Of a DNA stretch of 64,000 bases, positions 36,201-44,510 are shown in pieces. The DNA lies in the NCBI GenBank assembly GCA_024693545.1, contig JAILKT010000060.1, forward strand, positions 32,723 through 96,722, given 5' to 3'. The first letter of the stretch is position 1; every line of letters begins with the position of its first letter. A program made the translations under genes and the position numbers. The notes under the pieces were generated by a model, which worked only from the letters and a program-made list of their open reading frames with translations, was not told where the DNA came from and did no database searches. Origin of the DNA: Lachnospiraceae bacterium. Lineage in GTDB: Bacteria; Bacillota; Clostridia; Lachnospirales; Lachnospiraceae.

Positions 36201-36317
36201 ATCGGGATTCTGTGTATCGAAATGCCATTCCGGGACATAAACCTTAGACAGAGTATTTATCTGTTCCTTTATATCCGCGACTTTTCTTTTGTCAAGATCA
36301 AGCCTGTTGTTCTTCAT
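33270..36317 (-). CDS. large baseplate wedge protein, gpJ/gp6-like (Afp11-like)
   Basis: 1015 aa. The N-terminus VPEWHFDTQNPDIGSVIGIIFAEQMAENIDRFN...LLPAQPASTTVVMEL is typical of putative baseplate assembly proteins. It overlaps the gp25 gene by 20 nt. Confidence 0.72.
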   Translation of the reverse strand: MKNNRLDLDKRKVADIKEQINTLSKVYVPEWHFDTQNPDIGSVIGIIFAEQMAENIDRFNELLEVYHSELANMTGVSLLPAQPASTTVVMELASDTVPGSFVQKGTKLYGGDSEERIIFETSHHLFITNSHLTDILTTDATSGKIRKIMGSAAKMDILPELSIGEETVPSYEDETETWIGEYAFKSFKAFDDSGEELTRNALLLFHSYYFDINDEKIYMRIDSPDGLSDRIIDGTYRISYLTDEGFVPFDEIGHVKNDIIYLKKSGECRRIRRDREYSMMVIEPAGNVNERIRVNGIDFSSVGERQPFESVGTGSIDCDPLNFRPFSEKISMFDECFLRHDKYFSRVGARITVSFDVEFAVNSVTMSVTQIEDTLKVIKRKPRLAINTRVVETYVDEISIEYSSTTGWKRLKLSSGESTMFASAQAGKRTFSFICPDDWDDDGGRGRAIRLQSIKCDNCYMMPCNHNYPIIKNATVEYSYDDIFVKPEHVEVVSNNKHEDVTDALVSGKGITAFRVSSYSDNALYFGFSSRFVAGPISMFVQLEEESSYVGANLRYEYSTIGGFKPLQIVDGTDCLARSGQIRFMPPEDMAAVAIEGRKCYWIRVVDIDGHFSQEDIYRPVIKNMILNTVDVSNIDTHEIEEFFLDDVAPGLSVTLAERNILDAEVWVNEIGKHSIDEMKALVRNENDRVLAEYDTYGNIDNFFVKWEEVSSFDRSKEGDRHYVLDRQTSRIIFGDGVHVAIPTVTDATAVRVLARSCNGAEANIAANMIEGSMTRVDFLGNLYNPIPAYGGSSIESIESALNRAAGIIGSRNRIVTMADYKNEILGFSDNINKVECIIGESVDGRKKEGLISIVLLMKDFGKGTHSFDRLVPRLRDHLEQCVEFTSSFDTIEIVEPVPVSISVDIWMNRTENENDYIVGLKLTKALSSFLSPISDPLNPGWDIGKLPGKSQIMMKLNSLKTGAFIRRLVVTGTYMDANGLKECDLEKLPNNKFFVVKSGTHKAHTISEEMLSNI

Positions 36318-36720
36318 TATTCTCCTCCGAAGCGCCGTACAAGTAGAACGGGAACACCAAATTATCTCTCGTATTGGTCTGTGTGACGGTATAATGTATA
36401 TCTATAAGCAGATATCCCGACTTTGACTGAGCATCAAAATTCACCGTCACATCGGACACTCGCGGCTCCGACATTTTTATATCGTTAACGATATCCATCC
36501 TCATCAGGTTTAGGCGCGTTGCATTGGGATCGGTAAAAGCAAATTGTTGTATTTCACTGCCGAATTCGGGTCGCAGCCATCTTTCTGACTTTTGCGTCAT
36601 AAGGATCACATAAACCGATTCCTTGACGCTGTTCACACCGCTTGATGTTTCAAACCTTCCTGTCGAGGGATTGATCGTTGGCGGGAATTTCATCCCCGTA
36701 CCCAAAAATTCATAATCCAT
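36298..36720 (-). CDS. baseplate wedge protein gp25/gpW-like
   Basis: GTGMKFPPTINPSTGRFETSSGVNSVKESVYVILMTQKSERWLRPEFGSEIQQFAF is the GPW_gp25 signature. Confidence 0.88.
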   Translation of the reverse strand: MDYEFLGTGMKFPPTINPSTGRFETSSGVNSVKESVYVILMTQKSERWLRPEFGSEIQQFAFTDPNATRLNLMRMDIVNDIKMSEPRVSDVTVNFDAQSKSGYLLIDIHYTVTQTNTRDNLVFPFYLYGASEENNEEQQA

Positions 36721-36739
36721 ATGAGTATTCCTTTCATGA

Positions 36740-37585
36740 TCATCCGAGTTTTATTGCGTTACCGTTTACCCCTACCGTACCCGATGCCTCCATGTTTATC
36801 GAACCACCTGACTTAATGATCGTTTTATTTGACGAAATACCGAATTCACCATCGGTATCAAGCTTTATTCCTCCCGATGCCTTAACATTCGTTTTCTTGT
36901 TTGTGACGATATCAAGCGTATCGCACTTGAGGCTGAGCTTACCTGTTTGTCCGTCCATTTTTACCGATATACTGTCGGACACATTTATCTCAAGTTTGTT
37001 CTTTGTTTTTATACGTAAGAGACCGGAATTATCCTGACCGTCTATCATGAGCATGTTTTCCTTGTTCTTATCGGCAATGATCACCGTTTCCGTCCTGGAA
37101 TCCATATCCATAAAAAGTTTTCCGTCAAAGAGTTCGATCCGAAGGTTATCTTCCTGGTTTTCGGTCTGTCCGTCATCTTCGTATTTCACGAAAGACTTGC
37201 CGTTCCTGGCTTTTACCTGTTTAATGCTGTTGTTTCTGTCTGAAGATTTCCCGACAAGCTTTGCGTCACTTTTTGGAATACACCCAACAACATAAGGCTT
37301 ATCAATGTTTCCTTCCTCAAATGTAACCAGAACTTCGTCTCCGACTTCGGGTATAACATAGCTTCCCCAATTCTTTCCCATGTACATGGCTACTACCTTG
37401 GCCCACTTGAGAACGTTGCTGTTTGTATCCCTGTTCGGGATCCTCACGCAAACCTTTCCGGGTTGATTTATATCATAGTTTTTATCTACAATACCAACAA
37501 CCACACCAAATATACGATTGTCGCCCGTTTCGGTCTTTACAACCCTTCGGGCGCTGATCTCTTCCATAATGTCAATAAAATCCAT
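36740..37585 (-). CDS. central spike protein, gpV / gp5-OB-fold (VgrG C-part-like) with a beta-helical C-terminus
   Basis: FGVVVGIVDKNYDINQPGKVCVRIP...YVIPEVGDEVLVTFEEGNIDKPYVVG is the gpV/VgrG OB-fold motif. The C-terminal part is repetitive beta strands. Confidence 0.82.
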   Translation of the reverse strand: MDFIDIMEEISARRVVKTETGDNRIFGVVVGIVDKNYDINQPGKVCVRIPNRDTNSNVLKWAKVVAMYMGKNWGSYVIPEVGDEVLVTFEEGNIDKPYVVGCIPKSDAKLVGKSSDRNNSIKQVKARNGKSFVKYEDDGQTENQEDNLRIELFDGKLFMDMDSRTETVIIADKNKENMLMIDGQDNSGLLRIKTKNKLEINVSDSISVKMDGQTGKLSLKCDTLDIVTNKKTNVKASGGIKLDTDGEFGISSNKTIIKSGGSINMEASGTVGVNGNAIKLG

Positions 37586-37600
37586 ATCGTTCCTCTTTGA

Positions 37601-38821
37601 TTAAAATAAGCCGGTCAGATCCGGTATCAGCTCCTGCGGTCTGATATCCTTTGCTTTCCCTTCGATCACGCATTTGTATTCGCCTTTTCTTGTCATAACA
37701 TGGCGCACTTTATTCATATAAAATATATTGCTCGCACCTTCTCCGATCCCTTCTATTTCGATAAATCTTCCGGGCGCGAGTGCAGGTATTCCGAGTGTTT
37801 CGCAGCTGATCTTTCCGAATTTGTACGATATATTCTCGATCAGATAATTCATTCTGTTCTGCGCCTCGCTTTGAGTATGGACCGAAGGATCAAGATATAC
37901 CATTTTGTTGTTCTTTACCAATTTTGCAGCCTTGGATCCGAAAGACCACTCATTCGAAACCTTTGATGATGCTGTTATCAGGTCGCCCTTGTCAGTATCG
38001 GTTGCTCTTACTTCAACCTTCCCGACCTGTCCCGTGATATCATATTCAATATCAAAGCTTCTGAGTATATTTCCGGGCGTGATCGTCATCAATGTATCGG
38101 TATATACCTTTGCCGGTCTGAAAATGACCGTTCCTGCCGCAATAAAGAATTCAAAATTTACCTTCTTTGCCATCCTCACCACAAACTCGTAATCACTTTC
38201 ACCCACCATCTCTATCGTAGGCTTTTCAAGCGGAGGCGTGGGAGGTGTGGGCGGTGCTGCTCCGATTTCGGTAGGTATCCCCGCATCCGGAGTTGTTTCG
38301 ATCTTAAGCCCTGTTATTATTCCGAGCGCCGTAAGTGAGGCATATGTCGGTCCGTTAAATATCTCTGAAACTGCCTTATCGATCGTTGTAGCCATAAGCT
38401 GACGCGATGAATTATTAGCCATCATAATTCCTTTTGCGTCCATAGCCGTAACAACCACATACGGTATTTCAGGATCCTCAAACACAAAATTGATCTTTGA
38501 TATAAAGCCCACAAACACGGGTATCGCAGCTGTGGAATATCCGAGATCGATCTCAATCTGCGAACCGATATATAAATACTTTTCATGCTTGCTTGTGTTA
38601 AAAACGCCCTTGTCTCTGTCGTACATTCCATATATACGAAAGCTCGCCACAGAAGCCTCAAATCCGCTTGACATATCTACACTTACCTGAGAAATACTGA
38701 GCGTCTTGTTTTTATCGACCAGATCCTTTTTATTGACCATTATCACAACATGAGGATTCTTAAAACCGTTGTAATCTTTTTTTAGCTTATCATAATCGAT
38801 TGAATCTCCGAAAATCTGCAT
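37601..38821 (-). CDS. baseplate hub protein, phage late-control gpD / gp27-like
   Basis: The C-terminal GIPALAPGRFIEIEGIGEGASNIFYMNKVRHVMTRKGEYKCVIEG matches the gpD pattern (G.p.l.pG..v.l.G.g..f.G.y.i..v.H). Confidence 0.7.
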   Translation of the reverse strand: MQIFGDSIDYDKLKKDYNGFKNPHVVIMVNKKDLVDKNKTLSISQVSVDMSSGFEASVASFRIYGMYDRDKGVFNTSKHEKYLYIGSQIEIDLGYSTAAIPVFVGFISKINFVFEDPEIPYVVVTAMDAKGIMMANNSSRQLMATTIDKAVSEIFNGPTYASLTALGIITGLKIETTPDAGIPTEIGAAPPTPPTPPLEKPTIEMVGESDYEFVVRMAKKVNFEFFIAAGTVIFRPAKVYTDTLMTITPGNILRSFDIEYDITGQVGKVEVRATDTDKGDLITASSKVSNEWSFGSKAAKLVKNNKMVYLDPSVHTQSEAQNRMNYLIENISYKFGKISCETLGIPALAPGRFIEIEGIGEGASNIFYMNKVRHVMTRKGEYKCVIEGKAKDIRPQELIPDLTGLF

Positions 38822-38833
38822 TTATATGCCCCT

Positions 38834-39685
38834 TTATAGATTAAGATTAAGTAATGATCCTCCGACGGCCTCAAGTAATGATTTTGACCCAACTTTCTGC
38901 TCAACCCCCGGCTTGCCGAGCAGCTTAGTGAACGCATCATCCCAGTATGTATTTCCCATCACCATAACCTGGCCGCCTTCTTCACCCTCCGGCGAAGCAT
39001 TTGTCTGTCTCATGGAGATATCAACCACCGCCGCTATAGGATTTCCGCTTGGTGAAAACATGGTATATTGTGCATTCACATTCTCAATCTCTCCGAAGAA
39101 AACGACATCACCCATAATAAAAACCGCCTGTCTTGTCGCAAATGAATTGACGAGCGATACAAGACCGTCAACCGGAGTCTGAACCGAATATGTCGCAGCT
39201 ATTGCCATGACATCTTTTACAATTGCAGCAGGGGACAGGATTGCCTTGTCCTGCAGGAATGCTTCCGCATTATTAATATCGTAAAAATAAATTCTGAAAC
39301 TCATGGAAGTCTGAGCAGGAACCGATGCCATCGTAACCTGATTCATACCGACTTCGGGAGCACCCTGTCTTTGCATATACGATCCGACCTGTGAATTCAA
39401 ATATATGGTATCCGGATTATACTGAAATTCAAACAGATCCCATTTATCCTGGCTATCGACATAATTTCTGAGTGTCTTACCTCGCATCGGTCCGCCTGAC
39501 ATAAGCTGGCTGAGAAAAGCTGTCGCATCAGTTGCCGCCGATGCCATTGCCTTCAATTTACCGGCCTGCTCCATAAGACCACCGGAGAAATCAGGCTCGT
39601 CCAGTCTTCTCACGAGAAGTGACGCCTTAGTGGGACTTCCCAGTATGCTGTTTCCCAGATTGGATAATGCTCCGCCAATACTCAT
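38834..39685 (-). CDS. CIS tube-initiator-type protein (Afp7/Pvc7 N-domain-like), paralog B, no LysM
   Basis: FEFQYNPDTIYLNSQVG ... NVNAQYTMFSPSGNPIAAVVDISM are motifs of the CIS tube protein family. Confidence 0.7.
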   Translation of the reverse strand: MSIGGALSNLGNSILGSPTKASLLVRRLDEPDFSGGLMEQAGKLKAMASAATDATAFLSQLMSGGPMRGKTLRNYVDSQDKWDLFEFQYNPDTIYLNSQVGSYMQRQGAPEVGMNQVTMASVPAQTSMSFRIYFYDINNAEAFLQDKAILSPAAIVKDVMAIAATYSVQTPVDGLVSLVNSFATRQAVFIMGDVVFFGEIENVNAQYTMFSPSGNPIAAVVDISMRQTNASPEGEEGGQVMVMGNTYWDDAFTKLLGKPGVEQKVGSKSLLEAVGGSLLNLNL

Positions 39686-39723
39686 AATCGATACTCCTTA
39701 GCCTGTTTATGTTCTGTTACCGC

Positions 39724-40587
39724 TTAACCCAGATTGATCAACGAACCGGCCGCCTGTCCGACCGTAGAATTACTGATCACTTTTCCGAGTTCATCATTTA
39801 CAAACGCATCTCTATAACGGTCCTCCCACTGACCCAGGCATCCCTTTACAATCTTTGTGTCAGAGCACAGGATCGTCAAATTCACAACAGCCCTTAAAGG
39901 CTTCCCTGTAGGCGAAAACATAGTGTATTGAGCATTAACCCCGTTTATAAGACCGTGGTAGCTCATATCTGCCCATGAAAACATGATCTCCCTTGTATAA
40001 TCACTTCTAAGCACCGCTATCAGACCTTCTACCTGTGTCTGAACCGAAACCTCACCACCGGAAAAAAATGTCGCAAAAGCCGTTTTTGCAATTGATGTGG
40101 GCGCGAGACTCAGTTTATCCTGCAGGAATGCTTCCGAATTAACAACACGGTCAAATATCAACGGAATGGTCACAGTAATACGCGGATCAAGAGTTTGATA
40201 AGAGATACTTCCCATAGCTCCCTTTTCTTTGTCTTTTGTGGATCTTCCGACATTCGTAACCTGCGACATACCGCCGCCCTGTGCCTGTATCGTTATCGTG
40301 GAAGGATTGAACTGAACCTCAAACTGTTTCAGACACGCATCCTTCGGAAAAGGATTTTTCCCGTTCGCCAAAAGCTTTCTCGGATCAATGGGCATGGCGC
40401 TGAGCCCCGTTGAGACTGCATTTGAAATTGCCTTATCAAGCCCGGCGAGAGAAAAACCCTTCTTCGTCTTTATCTCTGTCGGCTTTCCCACTTCGGTTTT
40501 TTCAAACTTACGGGCATCTACGATCGTAATAACACCGAGCACCGGATTGCCGGTGACGCTGGCCAAAAGATTCGTTCCGATTCCCAT
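39724..40587 (-). CDS. CIS tube-initiator-type protein, paralog A, no LysM
   Basis: FEVQFNPSTITIQAQGG ... GVNAQYTMFSPTGKPLRAVVNLTI. Shares end motifs with the neighbouring paralog. Confidence 0.7.
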   Translation of the reverse strand: MGIGTNLLASVTGNPVLGVITIVDARKFEKTEVGKPTEIKTKKGFSLAGLDKAISNAVSTGLSAMPIDPRKLLANGKNPFPKDACLKQFEVQFNPSTITIQAQGGGMSQVTNVGRSTKDKEKGAMGSISYQTLDPRITVTIPLIFDRVVNSEAFLQDKLSLAPTSIAKTAFATFFSGGEVSVQTQVEGLIAVLRSDYTREIMFSWADMSYHGLINGVNAQYTMFSPTGKPLRAVVNLTILCSDTKIVKGCLGQWEDRYRDAFVNDELGKVISNSTVGQAAGSLINLG

Positions 40588-40636
40588 GCTTTTTTCCGCC
40601 TTTCATAAATTAGAGCCTCATCTTCCGATCGTTACA

Positions 40637-42916
40637 TCAGAAGCCCCTTCTCTTTCTTTCCGAGACAAGTTTTCTCTCAATCCTGTCGAATACCTTTTCG
40701 GAAATCTCATCCATATCTTCTCTGAATCTGTCCGAGATCATTCTGTTTACCTCGGTGGAACTTAGGATCTCGTTGTTTATCGTTGTCTGTTCCATAACAT
40801 TTGTCTTAGTTATATTGACATTTTCTATATTATTCTGAACTTCTTCATTTGTTCTTTTTATTGCTGTATTCTGTCTGTGAAGCTCTTCTATGATCTCCTG
40901 TGCTTCATCGAGATTTCTCTCCTGTTTATGTACAAGACTCACATTATCCGTATCATATTCAAACTTTGACCTTCTTGTATTACGACGTCTGACGGTACCC
41001 TGATCGGTAACTTCATCGATTATTTTTTCTGCGGTCTGTCTTACTCCGTCTCCATGCCCCGCCTCTTTTTCAGCATCTAACTCAAGATAGCGGATATCAG
41101 CGGCCAATCGTGCGGGATCGGAAGGTCTGATCTTCCCTTCGGCAATGGTTTTTACAGGATTCTCCATATATTCATGAACCGTCTCCATAATCTGCTTTGT
41201 TCTTTCGGACATAACGTTCATGGCAGCCGTTTCATATACCGATTTTGTTTTTTCGATTTCTTTTCCTTCTTTGAGATATTCAATCTCAAGCGGAGATTTT
41301 CCCGAAAGAATATCTTCCGCAGCGATCAACGCCTGCGATCTGTCCAGTCTTACCTCTCCCTTTATGCTTTTTTTAGTCTCCTCGGGCAGTCTGTTTGCGA
41401 GCTGCGTTATTCTTTCAAGATTCTGCTCATTTATTATATCAAGTGCCTGCTTATATGCCTTGATGTTATTTTCGTTTATCTGTGTCGAACTTTCATCGAT
41501 GCTTATATCGCCTTCCTGATCTGTATATGTGATATCCACATCGCTATCATAATATTCTTTGCTTCCCTCGTTACGGATATGCGTGCTTTCCGAATAATAA
41601 CTTCTGCCTCCTTCTTCGGTGACAGATGTATTATAAGGTCTCATATTCCGTACCGTATAAACGTCTCCTTCTTGCGGCTCCGAGTAACTTCTTGCGTCAA
41701 TATCAAGCCTGTTGTAGATATTCTCCGTGAATACCGGAGTCTGCTTTTTTACGGTTATGTCTCCGAGCTTCTCGATTATCTGCCTTGCGGCATCTATATA
41801 ATGACTGTCACCCTCTTCAAGAACAGTATCTCCCTCATAATATCCGTCCTCATGTATATAATGAACAAGCCTGGTAAGAAGCGAGACTTCCGTCGTTTTC
41901 TGTTCTTTTGAAAGTTCCAAAAGGTTCCTGTCATATACATATACGTTTTCGCCGTTATAAACTCTCTCTCTGATCCTCTCAATAGTGTCTTTTTCGCTCC
42001 CGAAGAAAGACCTCGAATAGTCAAACCATTCGTTTCTCTCTCCCTGAATACTGTTAGAATAAAGCCTGTATGCTTTATCAATATGATTAAGGAGAACAGC
42101 TGAGGATATAAGATTCGAAATATTGCTTTTTGTCGTGATCGTGTCCCCCGGGCCACCCTCTTCATAGATATTGTAATTTCTGTATGTAAGCGGTATCTGT
42201 TCATTTCGAACATAATTCCTGAACACAGACAGAAGGACATTTCGTGCAAATTTGTCCTCTCCGGCATTTTCAAGCTGTTCCGGTGAAACGGGACGATTAT
42301 TGTTTATTACAGTGTTTTTAATATTATAAAGTTCGGAGTATATTACCGCTGTTTCAAGCCTTTTAAATATTTCGTTGTACAGAGCGGGTTCATTCTCTTC
42401 TTTTTCGCGTTTTTCCTCCGTTTTCTTTTCGGCAGCCTTCTTCTTGTTTTCCTCTGCCACGGCCATTGTTACTGTACGAAGTTCTTGCACACTGTCGTTA
42501 TAAAGTTCAAGAAGTCTCGTGGTCGCATTATCCTCATTGATGGTCAAATTGACCTGACGAAGAAATTGCTTTACATCCGTAATTCCGAGTTTTCTGAGAA
42601 CATTTTCCACATATACGGTATCTCTGTACGTCGGTTTTACCGTTCCCGAAAACATGATCCTGTTGATCATGTTATTTATCACATCAAGCTTGATCTTTTG
42701 ATTGTTTGTAACCCTGTTTTCACTGATAAGATTTGTTACGGGACCCTCGTTATAGTAAATATCCGGTGAGGATGTTATCAGATGAAGAAGTTCTTCGGGC
42801 TCAAAATCCGCCCTCATAAGTTCGTATTCACCCATAATCTTTTCGCTCAGTGGGTTGCTTCTTCCGCAAATGGGGACAAGGCTCTTATATTCCATATTTG
42901 TCTTTATAGTAAGCAC
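40637..42916 (-). CDS. tape-measure-like (tail length determination) protein
   Basis: 759 aa, charged and apparently helix-rich, with no enzymatic motif. Assigned by position downstream of the chaperone and tube genes and upstream of the tube-initiator and hub genes. Confidence 0.5.
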   Translation of the reverse strand: MLTIKTNMEYKSLVPICGRSNPLSEKIMGEYELMRADFEPEELLHLITSSPDIYYNEGPVTNLISENRVTNNQKIKLDVINNMINRIMFSGTVKPTYRDTVYVENVLRKLGITDVKQFLRQVNLTINEDNATTRLLELYNDSVQELRTVTMAVAEENKKKAAEKKTEEKREKEENEPALYNEIFKRLETAVIYSELYNIKNTVINNNRPVSPEQLENAGEDKFARNVLLSVFRNYVRNEQIPLTYRNYNIYEEGGPGDTITTKSNISNLISSAVLLNHIDKAYRLYSNSIQGERNEWFDYSRSFFGSEKDTIERIRERVYNGENVYVYDRNLLELSKEQKTTEVSLLTRLVHYIHEDGYYEGDTVLEEGDSHYIDAARQIIEKLGDITVKKQTPVFTENIYNRLDIDARSYSEPQEGDVYTVRNMRPYNTSVTEEGGRSYYSESTHIRNEGSKEYYDSDVDITYTDQEGDISIDESSTQINENNIKAYKQALDIINEQNLERITQLANRLPEETKKSIKGEVRLDRSQALIAAEDILSGKSPLEIEYLKEGKEIEKTKSVYETAAMNVMSERTKQIMETVHEYMENPVKTIAEGKIRPSDPARLAADIRYLELDAEKEAGHGDGVRQTAEKIIDEVTDQGTVRRRNTRRSKFEYDTDNVSLVHKQERNLDEAQEIIEELHRQNTAIKRTNEEVQNNIENVNITKTNVMEQTTINNEILSSTEVNRMISDRFREDMDEISEKVFDRIERKLVSERKRRGF

Positions 42917-42946
42917 TTTGCCGCCTCCCCTCCTGCGTTCTGTATT

Positions 42947-44302
42947 TTAATCCGTTATTTTCTTCACCGGCTGCCACACTCTTGCTTTAGGTCTCGGTGT
43001 ATCGTTAGGTGCTTTTGCAGCCCTCACGTTTTTCTTATTTGCGGTATATATTGTTGTTTCCTTTCCGTCTATTTTTTCAGTGGCAGAATTTATAAATTCA
43101 TATTTCTCGGCCTTCATGTCAGCCTTTCTGACTTCATTTGCATTTACAATTGCACTTCCCTTAACTCCGGTTGTTGCACCTTTCGCGTTATTAATAAATG
43201 TTCCATCCTTTGAAAACTTATAATCATTTGCGGCAAGCGCTTCCAGTTCCTCTTTTGTTTTTTCCTTCAAACCATGTTTATCCGCCCTCAGGTTGTTCTT
43301 ATTTGCGGTATATATTGTTGTTTCCTTTCCGTCTATTGTTTCAGTTTTAGAATTTACAAATTCATATTTCTCGGCCTTCATGCCAGCCTTTCTGACTTCC
43401 CCTGAATTTACAATTGCCCTTCCCTTAACTCCGGTTGTTGCATCTTTCACGTTATTAATAAACGTTCCATTCCTTGAAAACTTATAATCATTTGCGGCAG
43501 CCGCTTCCATTTCCTTTTTTGTTTTTTCCTTCAAACCATGTTTATCCGCCCTCAGGTTGTTCTTATTTGCGGTATATATTGTTGTTTCCTTTCCGTCTAT
43601 TGTTTTAGTTTCAGAATTTACAAATTCATATTTCTCGGCCTTCATGCCAGCCTTTCTGACTTCCCCTGAATTTACAATTGCCCTTCCCTTAACTCCGGTT
43701 GTTGCATCTTTCTCGTTATTAATAAACGTTCCATTTTCTTTAAATGTATATTCAGGATCTGCGATTCCTCCACCGGGAAGGTCAAAGACAAGCATCTCGC
43801 GATATGCTATAGTTACAGATTCAGTGAGAAGACCACTCTTTTCAGCGTTCAAACTTCCAAACTCTTTACTTATGACAGTACACCCGGTAAACGTGTATGT
43901 TCTTGAGATCACATCGAAATCATTTCCGTATCGACTTACAAACAGAAGGACAGGAAGGATCATTTCGGCTCCGAGGGCCAAAGGATCCACAAGATACGAA
44001 GGCGTAACATATCGCTCGACCGTAAAAGTGAAAGGTTTTGAAATCGGCTTTCTCTTCATATGGACGTAATCGTTGAGACCACCTTCTTTGATATATTCAT
44101 ATTCATTTTCTTTTGTAAATGCACTCACGGACTTACACGGAATATCCATGAGACCCTCGACACGAAGCATAAAATTAAAATTCACAAGCGGATCAAGACC
44201 TATATTTTGAACAAAGGTATTTCCCCCCGGTGCACTAATATTACCCGAAGTATATCCGGATCTCTCCGTAACACTTATTGTGTTTGTCGAATCACCATCC
44301 AT
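42947..44302 (-). CDS. second tube paralog (T4 gp19 / Afp5-like N-domain) fused to three 88-aa C-terminal repeats
   Basis: The N-domain NFNFMLRVEGLMDIPCKSVSAFTKENEYEYIKEGG..HMKRKPISKPFTFTVERYV follows the tube-family pattern. The ATG at 44302 after AGAAGGAGC is preferred over the GTG at 44320. Confidence 0.78.
   Translation of the reverse strand: MDGDSTNTISVTERSGYTSGNISAPGGNTFVQNIGLDPLVNFNFMLRVEGLMDIPCKSVSAFTKENEYEYIKEGGLNDYVHMKRKPISKPFTFTVERYVTPSYLVDPLALGAEMILPVLLFVSRYGNDFDVISRTYTFTGCTVISKEFGSLNAEKSGLLTESVTIAYREMLVFDLPGGGIADPEYTFKENGTFINNEKDATTGVKGRAIVNSGEVRKAGMKAEKYEFVNSETKTIDGKETTIYTANKNNLRADKHGLKEKTKKEMEAAAANDYKFSRNGTFINNVKDATTGVKGRAIVNSGEVRKAGMKAEKYEFVNSKTETIDGKETTIYTANKNNLRADKHGLKEKTKEELEALAANDYKFSKDGTFINNAKGATTGVKGSAIVNANEVRKADMKAEKYEFINSATEKIDGKETTIYTANKKNVRAAKAPNDTPRPKARVWQPVKKITD
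42962..43753. repeat. in-frame 264-nt tandem repeat, 3 copies
   Basis: Copies lie at 43490-43753, 43226-43489 and 42962-43225. The two upper copies are nearly identical at the DNA level (the same 57-nt string occurs at 43264 and 43528). The third copy is more diverged. Confidence 0.9.
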
Positions 44303-44316
44303 CTTGAAGCTCCTTC

Positions 44317-44478
44317 TCACTTAAAATCAACGATACTCTTTTCTTTGCTCTTGCTCTCTGAGGGATTCAGACTTTTGTTGATCGCCGATATCTCATTGCA
44401 CCATCTGCGCCGACTTTTATGATCGAGCGCCATCACCTCATCATTACTCCAGTGAAAATAATACGAGATAAAGGACAT
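44317..44478 (-). CDS. unannotated 53-codon ORF in the -1 frame of the chaperone gene (probable E-prime frameshift extension, or a separate small protein)
   Basis: Translation is MSFISYYFHWSNDEVMALDHKSRRRWCNEISAINKSLNPSESKSKEKSIVDFK. The frame stays open upstream across the chaperone stop codon. Only a poorly spaced SD-like AGGGA lies 2 nt before the ATG. Confidence 0.6.
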   Translation of the reverse strand: MSFISYYFHWSNDEVMALDHKSRRRWCNEISAINKSLNPSESKSKEKSIVDFK

Positions 44479-44510
44479 TTCCCTGTATAAGTCATCTTTA
44501 GGGTACAGCT

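Noticed and set aside
42962-43753. CRISPR array or non-coding tandem repeat (also considered at 20653-20805, 49683-49781 and 60920-61105)
   Set aside because: All four repeat tracts are head-to-tail without unique spacers. Their periods are multiples of three (264, 39, 12 and 36 nt). They lie in frame inside long ORFs and encode recognisable peptide repeats. No cas genes are present.
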